This document shows positions 14,006-26,700 of a stretch of DNA of 64,000 nucleotides, one piece after another (the first letter of the stretch is position 1; each line of letters starts with the position of its first letter). The DNA is from Eledone cirrhosa (Eukaryota). The stretch is from NCBI GenBank assembly GCA_964016885.1, contig OZ024744.1, positions 120,714,001 to 120,778,000 on the forward strand, in the 5' to 3' direction. The notes under the pieces were generated by a model. It had not been told where the DNA came from. It saw only the letters and a program-made list of their open reading frames with translations, and did no database searches. Both the position numbers and the translations under genes were made by a program.

Positions 14006-17000
14006 CTCTCAATTCAGAGATTCTTTCTTGAGACATTCTAACTCCATGTCCACAGTATGAGAGCTGTGAACTCTCAATTCAGAGATTCTTTCCTGAGACA
14101 TTCTAACCACATGTCATAGAATCAGAGCTGTGATCTCTCAATTCAGAGATTCTTTCCTGAGAAATTCTAACCTCATGTCTGTAGTATCAGAGCTGTGATC
14201 TCTCAATTCAGAGATTCTTTCCTGAGACATTCTAACTCCATGTCCACAGTATCAGAGCTGTGATCTCTCAATTCAGAGATTCTTTCCTGAGATATTCTAA
14301 CAACATGTCATAATATCAGAGCTATGATCTCTCAATTCAGAGATTCTTTCCTGAGACATTCTAACCACATGTCTGTAGTATCAGAGCTGTGATGTCTCAA
14401 TTCAGAGATTCTTTCCTGATACATTCTAACCACATGTCATAGTATCAGAGCTGTGATCTCTCAATTCAGAGATTCTTTACTGAGACATTCTAACCACGTC
14501 ATAGTATCAGAGCTGTGATCTCTCAATTCAGAGATTCTTTCCTGAGACATTCTAACCACATCTCATAGTATCAGAGCTGTGATCTCTCAATTCAGAGATT
14601 CTTTCCTGAGAACTTCTAACCACATGTCATATTATCAGAGCTGTGATCTCTCAATTCAGAGATTCTTTCCTGAGACATTCTAACCACATGTCATAGTATC
14701 AGAGCTGTGATCTCTCAATTCAGAGATTCTTTCCTGAGACATTCTAACCACATATCATAGTATCAGAGCTGTGATCTCTCAATTCAGAGATTCTTTCCTG
14801 AGAAATTCTAACCTCATGTCTGTAGTATCAGAGCTGTGATCTCTCAATTCAGAGATTCTTTCCTGAGACATTCTAACTCCATGTCCACAGTATCAGAGCT
14901 GTGATCTCTCAATTCAGAGATTCTTTCCTGAGATATTCTAACAACGTATAATAATATCAGAACTATGATCTCTCAATTCAAAGATTCTTTCCTGAGACAT
15001 TCTAACCACATGTCATAGTATCAGTGCTGTGATCTCTCAATATAGAGATTCTTTTCTGAGATATTCTAACCACATGTCATAGTATCAGAGCTGTGATCTC
15101 TCAATTCAGAGATTCTTTCCTGAGACATTCTAACCACATCTCATAGTATCAGAGCTGTGATCTCTCAATTCAGAGATTCTTTCCTGAGAACTTCTAACCA
15201 CATGTCATATTATCAGAGCTGTGATCTCTCAATTCAGAGATTCTTTCCTGAGACATTCTAACCACATGTCATGGTATCAGAGCTGTGATCTCTCAATTCA
15301 GAGATTCTTTCCTGATATATTCTAACCACATGTCATAGTATCAGAGCTGTGATCTCTCAATTCAGAGATTCTTTCCTGAGACATTCTAACCACATATCAT
15401 AGTATCAGAGCTGTGATCTCTCAATTCAGAGATTCTTTCCTCAGACATTCTCAGCACATGTCATAGTATCAGAGCTGTGATCTCTCAATTCAGAGATTCT
15501 TTCCTGAGAAATTCTAACCTCATATCTGTAGTATCAGAGCTGTGATCTCTCAATTCAGAGATTCTTTCCTGAGACATTCTAACACCATGTCCACAGTATC
15601 AGAGCTGTGATCTCTCAATTCAGAGATTCTTTCCTGAGATATTCTAACCACATGTCATAGTATCAGAGCTGTGATCTCTCAATTCAGAGATTCTTTACTG
15701 AGACATTCTAACCACGTCATAGTATCAGAGGTGTGATCTCTCAATTCAGAGATTCTTTCCTGAGACATTCTAACCACATCTCATAGTATCAGAGCTGTGA
15801 TCTCTCAATTCAGAGATTCTTTCCTGAGAACTTCTAACCACATGTCATATTATCAGAGCTGTGATCTCTCAATTCAGAGATTCTTTCCTGAGACATTCTA
15901 ACCACATGTCATAGTATCAGAGCTGTGATCTCTCAATTCAGAGATTCTTTTCTGAGACATTCTAACCACATGTCATAGTATCAGAGCTGTGATCTCTCAA
16001 TTGAGAGATTCTTTCCTGAGACATTCTAACCACATGTCATAGTATCAGAGCTGTGATCTCTCAATTCAGAGATTCTTTCCTCAGACATTCTAACCGCATG
16101 TCATAGTATCAGAGCTGTGATCTCTCAATTCAGAGATTCTTTCCTGAGAAATTCTAACTCCATGTCCACAGTATCAGAGCTGTGATCTCTCAATTCAGAG
16201 ATTCTTTCATGAGATATTCTAACAACATGTCATAATATCAGAGCTATGATCTCTCAATTCAGAGATTCTTTCCTGAGACATTCTAACCACATGTCTGTAG
16301 TATCAGATCTGTGATCTCTCAATTCAGAGATTCTTTCCTGATACATTCTAACCACATGTCATAGTATCAGAGCTGTGATCTCTCAATTCAGAGATTCTTT
16401 ACTGAGACATTCTAACCACGTCATAGTATCAGAGCTGTGAACTCTCAATTCAGAGATTCTTTCCTGAGACATTCTAACCACATGTCATAGAATCAGAGCT
16501 GTGATCTCTCAATTCAGAGATTCTTTCCTGAGAAATTCTAACCTCATGTCTGTAGTATCAGAGCTGTGATCTCTCAATTCAGAGATTCTTTCCTGAGACA
16601 TTCTAACTCCATGTCCACAGTATCAGAGCTGTGATCTCTCAATTCAGAGATTCTTTCATGAGATATTCTAACAACATGTCATAATATCAGAGCTATGATC
16701 TCTCAATTCAGAGATTCTTTCCTGAGACATTCTAACCACATGTCTGTAGTATAAGAGCTGTGATGTCTCAATTCAGAGATTCTTTCCTGATACATTCTAA
16801 CCACATGTCATAGTATCAGAGCTGTGATCTCTCAATTCAGAGATTCTTTACTGATACATTCTAACCACATGTCATAGTATCAGAGCTGTGATCTCTCAAT
16901 TCAGAGATTCTTTACTGAGACATTCTAACCACGTCATAGTATCAGAGCTGTGATCTCTCAATTGAGAGATTCTTTCCTGAGACATTCTAAGCACATGTCA

Positions 17001-19149
17001 TAGTATCAGAGCTGTGATCTCTCAATTCAGAGATTCTTTCCTGAGACATTCTAACTCCATGTCCACAGTATCAGGGCTGTTAACTCTCAATTCAGAGATT
17101 CTTTCCTGAGACATTCTAACCACATGTCATAGAATCAGAGCTGTGATCTCTCAATTCAGAGATTCTTTCCTGAGAACTTCTAACCACATGTCTGTAGTAT
17201 CAGAGCTGTGATCTCTCAATTCAGAGATTCTTTCCTGAGACATTCTAACCACATGTCATAGTAGCAGATCTGTGATGTCTCAATTCAGAGATTCTTTCCT
17301 GGCATATTCTAACCACATGTCATAGTATCAGAGCTGTGATCTCTTAATTCAGAGATTCTTTCCTGAGACATTCTAACCACATCTCATAGTATCAGAGCTG
17401 TGATATCTCAATTCAGAGATTCTTTCCTGAGACATTCTAACCACATGTCATAGTATTAGAGCTGTGATCTCTCAATTCAGAGATTCTTTCCTGAGAAATT
17501 CTAATCTCATGTCTGTAGTATCAGAGCTGTAATCTCTCAATTCAGAGAATCTTTCCTTAGACATTCTAACTCCATGTCCACAGTATCAGAGCTGTGATCT
17601 CTCAATTCAGAGATTCTTTCCTGAGACATTCTAACCACATGTCATAGTATCAGTGCTGTGATCTCTCAATATAGAGATTCTTTCCTGAGACATTCTAACC
17701 ACATGTCATAGTATCAGAGCTGTGATCTCTCAATTCAGAGATTCTTTCCTGAGACATTCTAACCACATGTCATAGTATCAGAGCTGTGATCTCTCAATTC
17801 AGAGATTCCTTCCTGAGACATTCTAACCACATGTCATAGTATCAGAGCTGTGATCTCTCAATTCAGAGATTCTTTCCTGAGACATTCTAACCACATGTCA
17901 TAGTATCAGATCTGTGATCTCTCAATTCAGAAATTCTTTCCTGAGACATTCTAACCACATGTCATAGTATCAGAGCTGTGAACTCTCAATTCAGAGATTC
18001 TTTCCTGATACATTCTAACCACATGTCATAGTATTAGAGCTGTGATCTCTCAATTCAGAGATTCTTTCCTGAGACATTCTAACCACGTCATAGTATCAGA
18101 GCTGTGATGTCTCAATTCAGAGATTCTTTCCTGAGACATTCTAACCACATCTCATAGTCTAAGGCTGTGCTATCTCAATTCAGAGATTCTTTCCTGAGAC
18201 ATTCTTACCACATGTCATAGTATCAGAGCTGTGATCTTTCAATTTAGAGATTCTTTCCTGAGACATTCTAACCACATGTCATAGTATTAGAGCTGTGATA
18301 TCTCAATTCAGAGATTCTTTCCTGAGATATTCTAACCACATGTCATAGTATCAGAGCTGTGATCTCTCAATTCAGAGATTCTTTCCTGAGACATTCTAAC
18401 CACATGTCATAGTATCAGTGCTGTGATCTCTCAATATAGAGATTCTTTCCTGAGACATTCTAACTCCATGTCCACAGTATCAGAGCTGTGATCTCTCAAT
18501 TCAGAGATTCTTTCCTGAGACATTCTAACCACATGTCATAGTATCAGTGCTGTCATCTCTCAATATAGAGATTCTTTCCTGAGATATTCTAACCACATGT
18601 CATAGTATCAGAGCTGTGATCTCTCAATTCAGAGATTCTTTCCTGGGATATTCTAACCACATGTCATAGTATCAGAGCTGTGATCTCTCAATTCAGATAT
18701 TCTTTCCTGAGACATTCTAACCACATGTCATAGGATCAGAGTTGTGATCTCTCAATTCAGAGATTCTTTCCTGAGATATTCTAACCACATGTCATAGTAT
18801 CAGAGCTGAGATCTCTCAATTCAGAGATTCTTTCCTGAGACATTCTAACCACATGTAATAGTATGAGAGCTGTGATCTCTCAACTTAGAGATTCTTTCCT
18901 GAGACATTCTAACCACATGTATCAGAGACATTCTTAATAGTGATCTCTCAATTCAGAGATTCTTTCCTGAGACATTCTTACCACATGTCATAGTATCAGA
19001 GCTGTGATCTCTCAATTTAGAGATTCTTTCCTGAGACATTCTAACCACATGTCATAGTATTAGAGCTGTGATATCTCAATTCACAGATTCTTTCCTGAGA
19101 TATTCTAACCACATGTCATAGTATCAGAGCTGTGATCTCTCAATTCAGA

Positions 19150-22100
19150 GATTCTTTCCTGAGACATTCTAACCACATGTCATAGTATCAGAGCTGTGAT
19201 ATCTCAATTCAGAATTTCTTTCCTGATATATTCTAACCACATGTCATAGTATCAGAGCTGTGATCTCGCAATTCAGAGATTCTTTCCTGAGAACTTCTAA
19301 CCACATGTCATATTATCAGAGCTGTGATCTCTCAATTCAGAGATTCTTTCCTGAGACATTCTAACCACATGTCATAGTATCAGAGCTGTGATCTCTCAAT
19401 TCAGAGATTCTTTCCTGAGACATTCTAACCACATGTCATAGTATCAGAACTGTGATCTCTCAATTCAGAAATTCTTTCCTGAGACATTCTAACCACATGT
19501 CATAGTATCAGAGCTGTGATCTCTCAATTCAGAGATTCTTTCATGAGACATTCTAACCACATGTCATAGTATCAGAGCTGTGATCTCCCAATTTAGATAT
19601 TCTTTCCTGAGATATTCTAACCACATGTCATAGTATTAGAGCTGTGATCTCTCAATTCAGAGATTTTTTCCTGAGACATTCTAACCACATGTCATAGTAT
19701 CAGAGCTGTGATCTCTCAATTCAGAGATTCTTTCCTGAGACATTCTAACTATATGTCATAGTATCAGAACTGTGATCTCTCAATTCAGAAATTCTTTCCT
19801 GAGACTTTCTAACCACATGTCATAGTATCAGAGCTGTGAACTCTCAATTCAGAGATTCTTTCCTGATACATTCTAACCACATGTCATAGTATCAGAGCTG
19901 TGATCTCTCAATTCAGAGATTCTTTCCTGAGACATTCTAACCACATCTCATTGTATCGGAGCTGTGATCTCTCAATTCAGAGATTCTTTCCTGAGGCATT
20001 CTAACCACATGTCATAGTATCAGAGCTGTGATCTCTCAATTCAGAGATTCGTTCCTGAGAAATTCTAACCTCATGTCTGTAGTATCAGAGCTGTGATCTC
20101 TCAATTCAGAGATTCTTTCCTGAGACATTCTAACCACATGTCATAGTATCAGAGCTGTGATCTCTCAATTTAGATATTCTTTCCTGAAATATTCTAACCA
20201 CGTGTCATAGTATTAGAGCTGTGATCTCTCAATTCAGAGATTCTTTCCTGAGACATTCTAACCCCTTGTCCACAGTATGAGAGCTGTGAACTCTCAATTC
20301 AGAGATTCTTTCCTTAGACATTCTAACCACATGTCATAGTATCAGAGCTGTGATCTCTCAATTCAGAGATTCTTTCCTGAGACATTCTAACCACATGTCA
20401 TAGTATCAGAGCTGTGATCTCTCAATTCAGAGATTCTTTCCTGAGAAATTCTAACCTCATGTCTGTAGTATCACAGCTGTGATCTCTCAATTGAGAGATT
20501 CTTTCCTGAGACATTCTAACCACATGTCATAGTATCAGAGCTGTGATCTCTCAATTCAGAGATTCTTTCCTCAGACATTCTAACCACATGTCATAGTATC
20601 AGAGCTGTGATCTCTCAATTCAGAGATTCTTTCCTGAGAAATTCTAACCTCATGTCTGTAGTATCAGAGCTGTGATCTCTCAATTGAGAGATTCTTTCCT
20701 GAGACATTCTAACCACATGTCATAGTATCAGAGCTGTGATCTCTCAATTCAGAGATTCTTTCCTCAGACATTCTAACCACATGTCATAGTATCAGAGCTG
20801 TGATCTCTCAATTCAGAGATTCTTTCCTGAGAAATTCTAACTCCATGTCCACAGTATCAGAGCTGTGATCTCTCAATTCAGAGATTCTTTCATGAGATAT
20901 TCTAACAACATGTCATAATATCAGAGCTATGATCTCTCAATTCAGAGATTCTTTCCTGAGACATTCTAACCACATGTCTGTAGTACCAGAGCTGTGATCT
21001 CTCAATTCAGAGATTCTTTCCTGATATATTCTAACCACATGTCATAGTATCAGAGCTGTGATCTCTCAATTCAGAGATTCTTTACTGAGACATTCTAACC
21101 ACGTCATAGTATCAGAGCTGTGAACTCTCAATTCAGAGATTCTTTCCTGAGACATTCTAACCACATGTCATAGAATCAGAGCTGTGATCTCTCAATTCAG
21201 AGATTCTTTCCTGAGAAATTCTAACCTCATGTCTGTAGTATCAGAGCTGTGATCTCTCAATTCAGAGATTCTTTCCTGAGACATTCTAACTCCATGTCCA
21301 CAGTATCAGAGCTGTGATCTCTCAATTCAGAGATTCTTTCATGAGATATTCTAACATGTCATAATATCAGAGCTATGATCTCTCAATTCAGAGATTCTTT
21401 CCTGAGACATTCTAACCACATGTCTGTAGTATAAGAGCTGTGATGTCTCAATTCAGAGATTCTTTCCTGAGACATTCTAACCACATGTCATAGTATCAGA
21501 GCTGTGATATCTCAATTCAGAATTTCTTTCCTGATATATTCTAACCACATGTCATAGTATCAGAGCTGTGATCTCGCAATTCAGAGATTCTTTCCTGAGA
21601 ACTTCTAACCACATGTCATATTATCAGAGCTGTGATCTCTCAATTCAGAGATTCTTTCCTGAGACATTCTAACCACATGTCATAGTATCAGAGCTGTGAT
21701 CTCTCAATTCAGAGATTCTTTCCTGAGACATTCTAACCACATGTCATAGTATCAGAACTGTGATCTCTCAATTCAGAAATTCTTTCCTGAGACATTCTAA
21801 CCACATGTCATAGTATCAGAGCTGTGATCTCTCAATTCAGAGATTCTTTCATGAGACATTCTAACCACATGTCATAGTATCAGAGCTGTGATCTCCCAAT
21901 TTAGATATTCTTTCCTGAGATATTCTAACCACATGTCATAGTATTAGAGCTGTGATCTCTCAATTCAGAGATTTTTTCCTGAGACATTCTAACCACATGT
22001 CATAGTATCAGAGCTGTGATCTCTCAATTCAGAGATTCTTTCCTGAGACATTCTAACTATATGTCATAGTATCAGAACTGTGATCTCTCAATTCAGAAAT

Positions 22101-23770
22101 TCTTTCCTGAGACTTTCTAACCACATGTCATAGTATCAGAGCTGTGAACTCTCAATTCAGAGATTCTTTCCTGATACATTCTAACCACATGTCATATTAT
22201 CAGAGCTGTGATCTCTCAATTCAGAGATTCTTTCCTGAGACATTCTAACCACATCTCATTGTATCGGAGCTGTGATCTCTCAATTCAGAGATTCTTTCCT
22301 GAGGCATTCTAACCACATGTCATAGTATCAGAGCTGTGATCTCTCAATTCAGAGATTCGTTCCTGAGAAATTCTAACCTCATGTCTGTAGTATCAGAGCT
22401 GTGATCTCTCAATTCAGAGATTCTTTCCTGAGACATTCTAACCACATGTCATAGTATCAGAGCTGTGATCTCTCAATTTAGATATTCTTTCCTGAAATAT
22501 TCTAACCACGTGTCATAGTATTAGAGCTGTGATCTCTCAATTCAGAGATTCTTTCCTGAGACATTCTAACCCCTTGTCCACAGTATGAGAGCTGTGAACT
22601 CTCAATTCAGAGATTCTTTCCTGAGACATTCTAACCACATGTCATAGTATCAGAGCTGTGATCTCTCAATTCAGAGATTCTTTCCTGAGACATTCTAACC
22701 ACATGTCATAGTATCAGAGCTGTGATCTCTCAATTCAGAGATTCTTTCCTGAGAAATTCTAACCTCATGTCTGTAGTATCACAGCTGTGATCTCTCAATT
22801 GAGAGATTCTTTCCTGAGACATTCTAACCACATGTCATAGTATCAGAGCTGTGATCTCTCAATTCAGAGATTCTTTCCTCAGACATTCTAACCACATGTC
22901 ATAGTATCAGAGCTGTGATCTCTCAATTCAGAGATTCTTTCCTGAGAAATTCTAACCTCATGTCTGTAGTATCAGAGCTGTGATCTCTCAATTGAGAGAT
23001 TCTTTCCTGAGACATTCTAACCACATGTCATAGTATCAGAGCTGTGATCTCTCAATTCAGAGATTCTTTCCTCAGACATTCTAACCACATGTCATAGTAT
23101 CAGAGCTGTGATCTCTCAATTCAGAGATTCTTTCCTGAGAAATTCTAACTCCATGTCCACAGTATCAGAGCTGTGATCTCTCAATTCAGAGATTCTTTCA
23201 TGAGATATTCTAACAACATGTCATAATATCAGAGCTATGATCTCTCAATTCAGAGATTCTTTCCTGAGACATTCTAACCACATGTCTGTAGTACCAGAGC
23301 TGTGATCTCTCAATTCAGAGATTCTTTCCTGATATATTCTAACCACATGTCATAGTATCAGAGCTGTGATCTCTCAATTCAGAGATTCTTTACTGAGACA
23401 TTCTAACCACGTCATAGTATCAGAGCTGTGAACTCTCAATTCAGAGATTCTTTCCTGAGACATTCTAACCACATGTCATAGAATCAGAGCTGTGATCTCT
23501 CAATTCAGAGATTCTTTCCTGAGAAATTCTAACCTCATGTCTGTAGTATCAGAGCTGTGATCTCTCAATTCAGAGATTCTTTCCTGAGACATTCTAACTC
23601 CATGTCCACAGTATCAGAGCTGTGATCTCTCAATTCAGAGATTCTTTCATGAGATATTCTAACATGTCATAATATCAGAGCTATGATCTCTCAATTCAGA
23701 GATTCTTTCCTGAGACATTCTAACCACATGTCTGTAGTATAAGAGCTGTGATGTCTCAATTCAGAGATTC
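19150..23770. repeat. Near-perfect tandem duplication with 2308-bp (36-monomer) period
   Basis: AGAATTTCTT at 19211/21519 and the 61-bp deletion monomer CTAACATGTC at 21351/23659 are offset by 2308. CTCCCAATTT, TCACAGCTGT and GTACCAG variants are shared. Confidence 0.93.
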
Positions 23771-23779
23771 TTTCCTGAG

Positions 23780-26700
23780 ACATTCTAAGCACATGTCATA
23801 GTATCAGAGCTGTGATCTCTCAATTCAGAGATTCTTTCCTGAGACATTCTAACTCCATGTCCACAGTATCAGGGCTGTTAACTCTCAATTCAGAGATTCT
23901 TTCCTGAGACATTCTAACCACATGTCATAGAATCAGAGCTGTGATCTCTCAATTCAGAGATTCTTTCCTGAGAACTTCTAACCACATGTCTGTAGTATCA
24001 GAGCTGTGATCTCTCAATTCAGAGATTCTTTCCTGAGACATTCTAACCACATGTCATAGTAGCAGATCTGTGATGTCTCAATTCAGAGATTCTTTCCTGG
24101 CATATTCTAACCACATGTCATAGTATCAGAGCTGTGATCTCTTAATTCAGAGATTCTTTCCTGAGACATTCTAACCACATCTCATAGTATCAGAGCTGTG
24201 ATATCTCAATTCAGAGATTCTTTCCTGAGACATTCTAACCACATGTCATAGTATTAGAGCTGAGATCTCTCAATTCAGAGATTCTTTCCTGAGAAATTCT
24301 AATCTCATGTCTGTAGTATCAGAGCTGTAATCTCTCAATTCAGAGAATCTTTCCTTAGACATTCTAACTCCATGTCCACAGTATCAGAGCTGTGATCTCT
24401 CAATTCGGAGATTCTTTCCTGAGACATTCTAACCACATGTCATAGTATCAGTGCTGTGATCTCTCAATATAGAGATTCTTTCCTGAGACATTCTAACCAC
24501 ATGTCATAGTATCAGAGCTGTGATCTCTCAATTCAGAGATTCTTTCCTGAGACATTCTAACCACATGTCATAGTATCAGAGCTGTGATCTCTCAATTCAG
24601 AGATTCCTTCCTGAGACATTCTAACCACATGTCATAGTATCAGAGCTGTGATCTCTCAATTCAGAGATTCTTTCCTGAGACATTCTAACCACATGTCATA
24701 GTATCAGAACTGTGATCTCTCAATTCAGAAATTCTTTCCTGAGACATTCTAACCACATGTCATAGTATCAGAACTGTGAACTCTCAATTCAGAGATTCTT
24801 TCCTGATACATTCTAACCACATGTCATAGTATTAGAGCTGTGATCTCTCAATTCAGAGATTCTTTCCTGAGACATTCTTACCACATGTCATAGTATCAGA
24901 GCTGTGATCTCTCAATTTAGAGATTCTTTCCTGAGACATTCTAACCACATGTCATAGTATTAGAGCTGTGATATCTCAATTCAGAGATTCTTTCCTGAGA
25001 TATTCTAACCACATGTCATAGTATCAGAGCTGTGATCTCTCAATTCAGAGATTCTTTCCTGAGACATTCTAACCACATGTCATAGTATTAGAGCTGTGAT
25101 CTCTCAATTCAGAGATTCTTTCCTGAGACATTCTAACCACATGTCATAGTATCAGTGCTGTGATCTCTCAATATAGAGATTCTTTCCTGAGACATTCTAA
25201 CTCCATGTCCACAGTATCAGAGCTGTGATCTCTCAATTCAGAGATTCTTTCCTGAGACATTCTAACCACATGTCATAGTATCAGTGCTGTCATCTCTCAA
25301 TATAGAGATTCTTTCCTGAGATATTCTAACCACATGTCATAGTATCAGAGCTGTGATCTCTCAATTCAGAGATTCTTTCCTGGGATATTCTAACCACATG
25401 TCATAGTATCAGAGCTGTGATCTCTCAATTCAGAGATTCTTTCCTGAGATATTCTAACCACATGTCATAGTATCAGAGCTGTGATCTCTCAATTCAGAGA
25501 TTCTTTCCTGAGACATTCTAACCACATGTAATAGTATTACAGCTGTGATCTCTCAACTTAGAGATTCTTTCCTGAGACATTCTAACCACATGTATCAGAG
25601 ACATTCTTAATAGTGATCTCTCAATTCAGAGATTCTTTCCTGAGACATTCTTACCACATGTCATAGTATCAGAGCTGTGATCTCTCAATTTAGAGATTCT
25701 TTCCTGAGACATTCTAACCACATGTCATAGTATTAGAGCTGTGATATCTCAATTCACAGATTCTTTCCTGAGATATTCTAACCACATGTCATAGTATCAG
25801 AGCTGTGATCTCTCAATTCAGAGATTCTTTACTGAGACATTCTAACCACATGTCATAGTATCAGAGCTGTGATATCTCAATTCAGAATTTCTTTCCTGAT
25901 ATATTCTAACCACATGTCATAGTATCAGAGCTGTGATCTCGCAATTCAGAGATTCTTTCCTGAGAACTTCTAACCACATGTCATATTATCAGAGCTGTGA
26001 TCTCTCAATTCAGAGATTCTTTCCTGAGACATTCTAACCACATGTCATAGTATCAGAGCTGTGATCTCTCAATTCAGAGATTCTTTCCTGAGACATTCTA
26101 ACCACATGTCATAGTATCAGAACTGTGATCTCTCAATTCAGAAATTCTTTCCTGAGACATTCTAACCACATGTCATAGTATCAGAGCTGTGATCTCTCAA
26201 TTCAGAGATTCTTTCATGAGCCATTCTAACCACATGTCATAGTATCAGAGCTGTGATCTCTCAATTTAGATATTCTTTCCTGAGATATTCTAACCACATG
26301 TCATAGTATTAGAGCTGTGATCTCTCAATTCAGAGATTTTTTCCTGAGACATTCTAACCACATGTCATAGTATCAGAGCTGTGATCTCTCAATTCAGAGA
26401 TTCTTTCCTGAGACATTCTAACTATATGTCATAGTATCAGAACTGTGATCTCTCAATTCAGATATTCTTTCCTGAGACTTTCTAACCACATGTCATAGTA
26501 TCAGAGCTGTGAACTCTCAATTCAGAGATTCGTTCCTGATACATTCTAACCACATGTCATAGTATCAGAGCTGGGATCTCTCAATTCAGAGATTCTTTCC
26601 TGAGACATTCTAACCACATCTCATTGTATCGGAGCTGTGATCTCTCAATTCAGAAATTCTTTCCTGAGGCATTCTAACCACATGTCATAGTATCAGAGCT

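Noticed and set aside
18920-18940. Transposon footprint or foreign insert in the aberrant monomer
   Set aside because: All bases can be derived from adjacent satellite sequence, and there is no target-site duplication or terminal repeat.
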